Source: Vitrella brassicaformis CCMP3155
Taxonomy: Eukaryota > Protista > Chromerida
Assembly: GCA_001179505.1 (NCBI GenBank)
Contig: CDMY01000681.1
Span: forward strand, 1 to 31,437
Reading direction: 5' to 3'
Length of the DNA: 31,437 nucleotides
The notes beneath the pieces were generated by a model that saw only the letters and a program-made list of their open reading frames with translations, did no database searches and had not been told where the DNA came from. Below are positions 1-9,327 of this stretch, piece by piece (position 1 is the stretch's first letter; every line of letters starts with the position of its first letter). The translations under genes and the position numbers were made by a program.

Positions 1-24
1 GGGGGGGGGGGGGGGAATTGGTAC

Positions 25-1550
25 CTTAAGCCGCTTCTGTTCTCGTTCCTTGGCGGCCTTCATCTCGTTCTCGATGTCAAACTGCGGTGGCGCGGCTACC
101 AGGGGCCGCCTCTCGTCGTAGTAGTGCGCGAAACCACAACTGACAGGGAGAGAGAGAAGGAGAGAGCAGTTAGTTCAGCAGCGGTCGTGTGGGTGCGTGG
201 GTGTGGTTGTGTATCTATTGGTAGAGTGCGTACTTGGGGTCGCGGCACTGTCCTCTCCTGAAGTATTTGCACCGCTTCGTCTTGAACCAGTCGGGCTTCT
301 TGCGCAGCTCCTCCTGCAACACACACACACACACCAGCCAGACAGACACACCAGACATGCAGAGAAACGATTATCCGTCCACCCCCCATCGGCTCTTCTG
401 ACCTTGCTATGTGCGAATTCGCAGTTGCTGCCAAGTGCGCACATGCCCTTGAGCCAGTGCCGGCACATTGTCGTCTTGCGCAAAAAGAGGTTGGTCCCCT
501 TGCCCTCCTCAGAAGCACCCTCCCCCTCCCCCCCTCTCTCTCTCCCCCTCTCACTAGTGCCGCCTTTGCTACTGTGACCGCGATACGCCATGGCGCCCCG
601 CCCACTACTGCCCCCAACCTCCCGCTGCTGGACCTCCTCGTTCTTGACCCACGGAGGGACCCAACGAGCTCTGCCGCGGCCACCACCCGGACCCGACGCC
701 GCCCTGGAGCCGCTGCCGATGGTGCTGCCGGAGAATCGAAGAGGGCCGCGACCGCCGTCGGTGTGAAGGTGCTGAGAGTGTGAGGGCGACACCGGACCCG
801 CACCGTTGCTGGCCGTGTGCACGCCGTTGTGCACGCCGTTCCTGTGCCCTCGGCTGTCGCGCTCGGGGAACATCTTGCCTGCGATCAAGTCCCTCAGGTC
901 ACGATCACGGTCGTCGGCCGCCCCCCGTCGCTCTCGGGCGTCCCTCCCATGATAGGGCCAGGGAGTCGACGCGACGCGTCCAGGGTAAGGCCTGGGCGAC
1001 CGATGACGTCCCCTGTCCTCTCTCTCGGCCGGCTCCAGCGACATGGGGCGGTACCAGGGCGACGGGCCGTCCCGATAGGATGGCGACGAGTCGGCCCCGA
1101 GCGCTGCAGGCAGACGTGTGCAGTCATGATACATAGATTCATGAAGCCTTCAACCTCTCCTGTGTGCGTGGTCCTGCTCACCTCCAGCCCGCGAAAGGAG
1201 CTTCTTGGCTACCGGCCCTGAGGCTCCCCCATCGCCCATACGCCGCCTGCCGCCACCATAGCCATCTCCGTCTTCGGAGTCGGCCAACTGCCGAGGGCGC
1301 TTGCCGCTGAAGGATGAGCGCGGGTCGTGCTGCTGGTCGTGTGGTGGGTATGGTGGTGAGTGGTGAGGGCGATGGGAATGGCTATGGACGGCCTCACGCT
1401 TCATCTGCCTGCATGGACACACGATGAAACCGCATGGAATGAACGCATCGCGACATCATCAGCTTACATCAGCTGATGTAAGCTGATGTCCTTGAAAGGG
1501 CCCGATGCCCGACTGCTTCGATGCGTGTGGGTCTCAATCTCGTCATTCAT
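25..1550 (-). CDS. Tandem CCCH zinc-finger (TIS11/TTP-like) RNA-binding protein; 3' end runs off the window
   Basis: Manual splicing at GT-AG sites gives exons (1550?)-1468, 1408-1182, 1103-403, 313-234, 139-25. Joined protein has LRKTTM-CRHWLKGMCALGSNCEFAH (C-x7-C-x5-C-x3-H), then SKEELRKKPDWFKTKR-CKYFRRGQCRDPNCGFAH (C-x7-C-x4-C-x3-H). The N-terminus is R/G/S-rich low complexity. The start codon at 1550 is tentative. Confidence 0.85.
1457..1488. repeat. Perfect 32-bp palindrome
   Basis: catcagcttacatcag followed directly by its exact reverse complement ctgatgtaagctgatg, checked base by base. Confidence 0.95.
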
Positions 1551-1751
1551 GTGATTGAGCAAGGAGCGCTCGACTACTGGATGAGGGATCCTTTCGGATT
1601 TCAGGGTTTCGGTTTCAGGGTTGCTGGCTGGCAGGCAGGGTGATTTCTCTCGCCTCGGACAGCTCCAGACGCCGTATGACGTTGCGGCTGCCCTTTGGTG
1701 TAAGCTGGTGATTGATATTGATGTCCGTTCCATCCCCCAATAGCCATCCCC

Positions 1752-2477
1752 TTGGTGGCTCGGTTGATGTCCTCGCCGTGGATTGTTGATGCTCGCCGCC
1801 GCGGCAGCGGGGTCATCTTGCGGCCGAGTCCGGCATGGATGAAGAAACAGGAGGAGGCCGCAGGCGGCGGCAGTGGTGCTGGCGCTGCTCCCCGGGAGCC
1901 GCTCTCTCTCCCGCTCAGTTGTGGTTTCGCCTACACCGAGGGCGCCCATCCGCCGCCTCTGTGCCCCTCACCGCCCTCGGAGAGTGCAGCGGCCGAGAAT
2001 GTCGTCGGCGCGGTCTTCGAGGACACGAGCAGCATCCCGCTGTCCCAGATGCCGCCATTTGCCGAGTACGATGACGACCAGCCCCTGCCGAAATGGATGC
2101 TCGGTGACGAAATGGTCAGTGGGTGGGTGGGGGAGGGGCCAGCGCCGCCAAGGAAGCGCTCATGCCTTTGTTGCTCTTGTCCGTTGCCTTTGTTGGCTGC
2201 ACAGGTAAACGATACTCATCGCCCTCAGCGCGACAGTGCGTCTGGTGCAGAGGAGGCGCAGCAGGCGCGGGCGGCCGACTTCGCCGAGCGGCCCTTCCAG
2301 CACCACGAGCGCGTCTACCGCATCGGCATGTCCTCCTGCCGGACGACAGAGGATGTTCGCGAGAGCAGCGACCCCTCAAGCGGCGGAGCGGGGCGGTGCG
2401 AGCGGTACTTTTTCGATCGGCTGGTCAAGCGGGAAGTGGCGCCTTTGGTGCGGGTCAAGGAGGAGCCGGAATGGTGA
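1752..2477 (+). CDS. Hypothetical protein, copy 1 of a local duplicate (ends ...VKREVAPLVRVKEEPEW)
   Basis: 241-aa ORF with a probable in-frame 90-nt GT-AG intron at 2115-2204. No recognised domain; start uncertain. Confidence 0.55.
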   Translation: MVARLMSSPWIVDARRRGSGVILRPSPAWMKKQEEAAGGGSGAGAAPREPLSLPLSCGFAYTEGAHPPPLCPSPPSESAAAENVVGAVFEDTSSIPLSQMPPFAEYDDDQPLPKWMLGDEMVSGWVGEGPAPPRKRSCLCCSCPLPLLAAQVNDTHRPQRDSASGAEEAQQARAADFAERPFQHHERVYRIGMSSCRTTEDVRESSDPSSGGAGRCERYFFDRLVKREVAPLVRVKEEPEW

Positions 2478-2642
2478 TAATGGATGGGGTGCTGGTATAC
2501 ACAATAGATTGATGGGTGTAGCCAGATACTCTGATGGAGGGGAGGGGGCCATGGGGATGCAGTGTGCAGCGTGCGACCATTGTGTCTGTTCAGGGAGGGT
2601 GGACTTGGCGACCGTAGCGTGTTGGCGGGCGGAGGGGCTGCC

Positions 2643-2942
2643 NNNNNNNNNNNNNNNNNNNNNNNNNNNNNNNNNNNNNNNNNNNNNNNNNNNNNNNNNN
2701 NNNNNNNNNNNNNNNNNNNNNNNNNNNNNNNNNNNNNNNNNNNNNNNNNNNNNNNNNNNNNNNNNNNNNNNNNNNNNNNNNNNNNNNNNNNNNNNNNNNN
2801 NNNNNNNNNNNNNNNNNNNNNNNNNNNNNNNNNNNNNNNNNNNNNNNNNNNNNNNNNNNNNNNNNNNNNNNNNNNNNNNNNNNNNNNNNNNNNNNNNNNN
2901 NNNNNNNNNNNNNNNNNNNNNNNNNNNNNNNNNNNNNNNNNN
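2643..2942. other. Assembly gap (300 N)
   Basis: Run of exactly 300 N. Confidence 1.
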
Positions 2943-3012
2943 TCCCTCACACACCATGGATCCATGCCACGTGTCTGTGTGTCGCTGTTTCCGCTCTCTC
3001 CCTTCCTCTCAG

Positions 3013-3570
3013 TGGTTGACGGCCTACACCGAGGGCGCCCATCCGCCGCCTCTGTGCCCCTCACCGCCCTCGGAGTGTGCAGCGGCCGAGAATGTTGTCG
3101 GTGCGGTTTTCGAGGACACGAGCCGCATCCCGCTGTCCCAGATGCCGCCATTTGCCGAGTACGATGACGACCAGCCCCTGCCGAAATGGATGCTCGGTGA
3201 CGAAATGGTCAGTGGGTGGGTGGGGGAGGGGCCAGCGCCGCCAAGGAAGCGCTCATGCCTTTGTTGCTCTTGTCCGTTGCCTTTGTCGGCTGCACAGCTA
3301 GTCGATACTCATCGCCCTCAGCGCGACAGTGCGTCGGGTGCAGAGGAGGCGCATGAGTCGCGGGCGGCCGACTTCGCCGAGCGGCCCTTCCAGCACCACG
3401 AGCGCGTCTACCGCATCGGCATGTCCTCCTGCCGGACGACAGAGGATGTTCGCGAGAGCAGCGACCCCTCGAGCGGCGGAGCGGCGCGGTGCGAGCGGTA
3501 CTTCTTCGATCGGCCGGTCAAGCAGGAGGTGGCGCCGCTGGTGCGGGTCAAGGAGGAGCCGGAATGGTGA
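3013..3570 (+). CDS. Hypothetical protein, copy 2 (diverged paralogue of 1752-2477); 5' part lost in gap
   Basis: Same reading frame with substitutions (SSIPL/SRIPL, VNDTH/LVDTH, VKRE/VKQE). Preceded by a pyrimidine-rich acceptor ttcctctcag ending at 3012. Confidence 0.55.
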   Translation, partial: WLTAYTEGAHPPPLCPSPPSECAAAENVVGAVFEDTSRIPLSQMPPFAEYDDDQPLPKWMLGDEMVSGWVGEGPAPPRKRSCLCCSCPLPLSAAQLVDTHRPQRDSASGAEEAHESRAADFAERPFQHHERVYRIGMSSCRTTEDVRESSDPSSGGAARCERYFFDRPVKQEVAPLVRVKEEPEW

Positions 3571-3988
3571 TAATGGATGGGGTGCTGGTATACACAATAG
3601 ATTGATGGGTGTAGCCAGATACTCTGATGGAGGGAGGGGGGGAGATGCAGTGTGGGACCATTGCTATTTCTTGAGTGAGGTGAAAGGATGAGGGATTCGG
3701 CACAGTTTTCACGTGATGGATCGTTCGTCCCACCCAATCAGTCTCCCTCCTTCATCTGTGTATAGGTATGTATCTACACATTCACATACACAGCAGAAAT
3801 GTGCACACAGCAGCCAATCCATCCATCCATCCCCACACACGACCACATCATATGCGTGAATGGAGTCATCAGCAGGCAGGCAGGCAGGCAGACGGGCTTG
3901 CTTATCCATCCAGCTACACACATACACCCAAGACACCCATCCATCCCCCGCCCGCCTCTCCCTCTCTTCCAGTCAGCCCACCCTTACT

Positions 3989-4288
3989 NNNNNNNNNNNN
4001 NNNNNNNNNNNNNNNNNNNNNNNNNNNNNNNNNNNNNNNNNNNNNNNNNNNNNNNNNNNNNNNNNNNNNNNNNNNNNNNNNNNNNNNNNNNNNNNNNNNN
4101 NNNNNNNNNNNNNNNNNNNNNNNNNNNNNNNNNNNNNNNNNNNNNNNNNNNNNNNNNNNNNNNNNNNNNNNNNNNNNNNNNNNNNNNNNNNNNNNNNNNN
4201 NNNNNNNNNNNNNNNNNNNNNNNNNNNNNNNNNNNNNNNNNNNNNNNNNNNNNNNNNNNNNNNNNNNNNNNNNNNNNNNNNNNNNNNN
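3989..4288. other. Assembly gap (300 N)
   Basis: Run of exactly 300 N. Confidence 1.
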
Positions 4289-5190
4289 GCCGAGAATGTT
4301 GTCGGTGCGGTTTTCGAGGACACGAGCCGCATCCCGCTGTCCCAGATGCCGCCATTTGCCGAGTACGATGACGACCAGCCCCTGCCGAAATGGATGCTCG
4401 GTGACGAAATGGTCAGTGGGTGGGTGGGGGAGGGGCCAGCGCCGCCAAGGAAGCGCTCATGCCTTTGTTGCTCTTGTCCGTTGCCTTTGTCGGCTGCACA
4501 GCTAGTCGATACTCATCGCCCTCAGCGCGACAGTGCGTCGGGTGCAGAGGAGGCGCATGAGTCGCGGGCGGCCGACTTCGCCGAGCGGCCCTTCCAGCAC
4601 CACGAGCGCGTCTACCGCATCGGCATGTCCTCCTGCCGGACGACAGAGGATGTTCGCGAGAGCAGCGACCCCTCGAGCGGCGGAGCGGCGCGGTGCGAGC
4701 GGTACTTCTTCGATCGGCCGGTCAAGCAGGAGGTGGCGCCGCTGGTGCGGGTCAAGGAGGAGCCGGAATGGTGATAATGGATGGGGTGCTGGTATACACA
4801 ATAGATTGATGGGTGTAGCCAGATACTCTGATGGAGGGAGGGGGGGAGATGCAGTGTGGGACCATTGCTATTTCTTGAGTGAGGTGAAAGGATGAGGGAT
4901 TCGGCACAGTTTTCACGTGATGGATCGTTCGTCCCACCCAATCAGTCTCCCTCCTTCATCTGTGTATAGGTATGTATCTACACATTCACATACACAGCAG
5001 AAATGTGCACACAGCAGCCAATCCATCCATCCATCCCCACACACGACCACATCATATGCGTGAATGGAGTCATCAGCAGGCAGGCAGGCAGGCAGACGGG
5101 CTTGCTTATCCATCCAGCTACACACATACACCCAAGACACCCATCCATCCCCCGCCCGCCTCTCCCTCTCTTCCAGTCAGCCCACCCTTA
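4289..5190 (+). repeat. Copy 3, apparently identical to 3085-3988 (offset 1204); possible assembly duplication across a gap
   Basis: Every overlapping ORF-track translation is identical at offset 1204, and the two copies flank a 300-N placeholder. Confidence 0.8.
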
Positions 5191-5366
5191 CTCATTAGCC
5201 AGCTAAGCACACAGAGAGTGGGTGTGTCTGTCAGTATGGTATGTATCTACCATCGAAGAATCATCACCGAATGGACGATCTCCATCTACGGCTACACTTA
5301 TGGGGCGGGGCATATCCATCCATCCATCCACCGATCCATCCGTCTGTTTGTCCAGCTATTTATCTA

Positions 5367-8300
5367 TCAGTTGAGCCCCTTGACGCCCCTCGTGCGCGCG
5401 CCGCCCTGCCGGAAGTCGCGACGGCCGCCGTCACGGGGGCCACGGCGATCCTGACACACACATACACGCGGTGCAGTGCAGTGGGGGTGTGGTGGCGTGG
5501 GGGTGGGGTGTAGCACTCACCCCCCATATGGATGGACGTCGGCCCTCTCTCTCTCGGTCTCTGTCGAACTCACCACGGCCACCACCCTGCACACACACAC
5601 ACACTCATTCACGTGCATCCGTCTGTTCCTCTCTCTCTGTGTGGGTCACATCCATCCATCCATACATACCCTGTGTGTGAACCCCTGAATGCCCCTCTCC
5701 CTGGGTGGTCTGTAGTCCCTGTGGCCGTCCCGGCCGTCTCGGTTGCCGCCATGCCCCGGGCTGCCGTGCTTGTCATCGGGCCGGTACCAGGGAGGCAACA
5801 AGGCAGCCCAGCAATGCTACACACACACACACACACACATACACACGTGGGGGCGTTGGAGCGGGGGAGGCCGTGAGGTTGTGAGTGACCTACCAGGGTT
5901 TCCCAGTTGCGGAGTTGGGGTGACGTGAACACCATGTAGAGGGACGACTTGAGGGGGTTCCAGTGCCTGCAGGCCATCCATCCATCGATCGCATGCACCA
6001 GCCAATCCATTCATTGCAATGATTAGATGGACGGATGTGTGTGTGTGTGTGTTGTGTGCCTGACAGAGAGACAGACAGACCTGAGCGGCTCTCTGAGTGT
6101 GGCCTTCTTCCTGACGTAGCTGTTGACGGCCTCCGAAAACCGGTCGCACGCTTCCTGAACCAAGCCATCCATCCATCCATGCATCCATCCACAGACAGAC
6201 ACGCGTGTGTAGGGGTACACGTCTTTTAATCGCTCGTGTGTGTGTGTGTGTGTGTGTGTTGTGTGTGCCTGGAGCAGGTGGTGGGGCCACTTGGTGATGA
6301 GGAAGAACACCTGCACCCACACGTGTCTGGATGCATCTGTGTGTCATTTATTGTATGTGCCCCCTCCCTCCCCCCTCACCATGCCCGCCATGCCACGCAC
6401 CTGAGTGAAGCGTCCCTGTTTCATGATGGTCTTCCATGCCCACTTGAGGTTCTGAACACGGTTCTGACCCAGGTGGCCTGACGCACTCATACAGACACCC
6501 ACTCATCCATACACATGGGCGGGCGCATCTATCGTTTAGTGCGTGTGTACCTTTCATGCCGTGTTCGTCCAGCACAGGGGTCTCCTCGACGTTGATGACC
6601 AGCTCCTCCACCACTGACGCGTGGTCGCTATCGTCGTACGTCAGCGCTCCAACCTGAAAACACACACACACACACAAACACACACACAGACAGACAGACG
6701 ATGTGCAGATGGTTGGGTGGTGTGGTGGCGGGATGGCTAAGAGAGGGGTTGTTGTGTTGTGTGCCCATTCATGTGTGGATGCTATGCTGACGTGGACGTA
6801 GTATGCGATGAAGAAGTCGCGCATGAACCGCACGAACGCACTCTCGTACTCGCAACGCATCTCCCTGTCTCCTGATGCACACACGAACGACACACAATGG
6901 ACATCCGTCCATCCATCCAGCCAGCCAGCCGTCCTTACTGATGTATTTGGATGCCTTCATGCTGTCGTCATTGTTGGGGTCCCACTCGCGGCACTCGGGG
7001 ATAGTCTCGTGCAGCTGCTGGCTCCAGAAGGTGCGGCCCTGTTCGCGGAACCGCTGAACTGTTGGTCCACGCGTGCGTGTGTGTGTGTGGACGGACGAAG
7101 AAGCAAAGGCATGGCATGGAATGGATGCATGTGCTGGCTCTGTCTGTGTGTCTGTCTGTCTGTCTGCCTGTCGTCTCACTTTTGGCAATGTCGCGCCACT
7201 CGTCGCACTTGCTCATCAGTATCGCGTCAGCCTGTAGGTACGTATGGATGGATGGATGTGCCCACCATCGCGCATGTGTGTGTGTGTGTGTTGCGTACAT
7301 CAGATGCCATGGTGACCACTGGGGCGTACTTGTCGACGAACTGGTCAACGGTCTCCGCGCCAGCAAGGAACTGCTGGAACAGCCGCTCACCCTTCACACA
7401 CACACACACACACATCCATCCATCCGTCCATGGCAGGCATCAAGGGATCGGTGTGTGGTGTGTGTACCTACCTCTTCCTTGGAGACCATCTTGATGTTTG
7501 AGCTGTTCCTCTCGCGGGGCATGTTGTCGTACTCCAGATACGTGTCACGGGGGTAATCTTCATGACCACACACACGCACACACACACACACACACACGGC
7601 CCCACACACAAGACAGCAACACGAGATCCATCCATCCATATGTCCATATGTGTGTGCGGCCGTACTCACTCTTGCGCCAGATGGGTTTGTGGTCCGGTGA
7701 GTCCATCATGGATATGGATGCCGCGCTGGGCGGCGACCAGGCCCGCTCGCTCTCCACATTCAACACATACGGCTGCGGCGACGGGGCTGACATCCATCCA
7801 TAAGAACCACACACGCATGAGCACATTTATGTGGCGTGTTCGTGTGTGGGGGGGAGGGGTGTGTGTATGTGTGTGTGTGTGTACCGAATTTCTGTCCGCG
7901 AAATCCCGAAGGGCTGCCCTCGTCGCTGCCGCCGAAGCTGCCATACCCATCGCTACGCTGAGGGCTACCACCACCTGCACACAAGTCAGTCACGTCACAC
8001 ACACATGGCAGCCACGCTAACACCCCTCACGCACCGCACATACATACAGGTCAGTCAGGTATGTGATGTGTTGTGTTGTGTGTGTGTACGGTCGTATCCT
8101 CCTCTGTCTCTGTATGGTTCGTCGCGAGGCGGGGGCCCGGGCGGTGGAGGTGGCTGGCGGTAGCGCTCGTGCTGTCGGCGACGGTACTCCCGCTCATCCC
8201 GCTCCCGCTCCCTTTCCCGCTCCCTCTCCCTCTCTCTGTATACCCGCTCCTGCCGCTCCCGGTCCTTCCTCTCCTGGTCCTTCTTCTCCTGGTACTTCCT

Positions 8301-8860
8301 CTCCCACTCCGCCTCGTGGGAGTGCTCGTACTCGGGCACACGGATATGGTTGCTGCGTCAGCAGAGGGAGGGAGGGAGGGAGGGAGAGGGGGAGGGGGAA
8401 GGGGGACACACATATCAACACAGGGAGTAGAGGCGTGTTGTGCTCGGGTGAGGTAGGTGACTCAGCTCACTCACTCACTCACTCACTCACTCACCCCGCG
8501 AGGAACTTCTCCAGGACCTCGATGCGCTTCTGCTCCTCCTGCAGATACGCCCTGACATGAATGACCAAGACACGCACACACACACACACACAGCACACAC
8601 GTCACACATCGAATCGACACGGTCAGCCAAGGTAAGTAAGGCGTGTGTGGCTGTCTGACCGCACCGCACCTGATCTGGTCCGTACTCAGCTGCATCCATA
8701 CCATACCGTCCATACAAAAACACAGACACACACACACACACACAAAGAAACCGATGCATTCATTCGTTCACGTCTCGCCTGCCCATGCCCATGCCCGTGT
8801 GTGTGTGCCCGTGTGTGTGCGTACATCTTCGCTATGAACACGATCGTACAGCTTCACCAT
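5367..8860 (-). CDS. Multi-exon hypothetical protein: coiled-coil and R/E/D-rich N-terminus, globular middle, RG-rich C-terminus
   Basis: About 19 exons splice into one open frame: MVKLYDRVHSED|LSTDQIR|AYLQEEQKRIEVLEKFLAG|NHIRVPEYEHSHEAEWERKYQEKKDQERKDRER...|...NYPRDTYLEYDNMPRE...|GERLFQQFLAG...|...RDREMRCEYESAFVRFMRDFFIAYY|VGALTYDD...|GHLGQNRVQNLKWAWKTIMKQGRFTQ|VFFLITKWPHHLLQ|EACDRFSEAV...|HWNPLKSSLYMVFTSPQLRNWETL|HCWAALLPPWY...|...DRRGPRDGGRRDFRQGGARTRGVKGLN*. One intron (6155-6268) needs a GC donor. Family not recognised. Confidence 0.75.
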
Positions 8861-9327
8861 CGCCGCTCCCTCGCTCGCTGAGATGGACGGATGGATGGAT
8901 GGATCAACGGACCCGCCGAACGAACTGACCAAAAAACATGGAAACAGCCACAGTGCATGGGGGGTGATGCCTGCAGGTCGTTCGTGTGAGCGCCACAGCG
9001 CAGCACACGCAGGCAGGCCAGATCCACCGTGTCATTCAGGGGCGTGCGGACGGCCACCCACCTGACCTGATGCAAGCAGAAACGAGGAGATCCGCCCGCT
9101 CCTTCCCTACCCTCTACGCTCCTCCCTCCTCCACTCCGCCCGGCTTCGGTCGCTTGCGAGATCAGAGGTGGGTATGCACCCGATGAAAATGCATGTGCGC
9201 GGCACTGATTAGAGTGCACGGTGTGAGGCAGGCAGTCAAAGGCCTTTCTTATCTTCTTCGACCGAATCACACGACAAACAGCAGCACCGGCAGCAGGAGG
9301 AGAAGCATCAGCAGCACAGGCGGCGTC

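Noticed and set aside
1-16. Poly-G run at the window start
   Set aside because: Intronic homopolymer cut by the window edge; nothing further can be inferred.
2236-4774. Long ORF-track entries (e.g. 444 aa, 304 aa) crossing N runs
   Set aside because: They are open only because N codons contain no stops.
3085-5190. Third independent gene copy
   Set aside because: Apparently identical to copy 2 and flanking a fixed 300-N placeholder, so an unmerged overlap is as likely as real biology.
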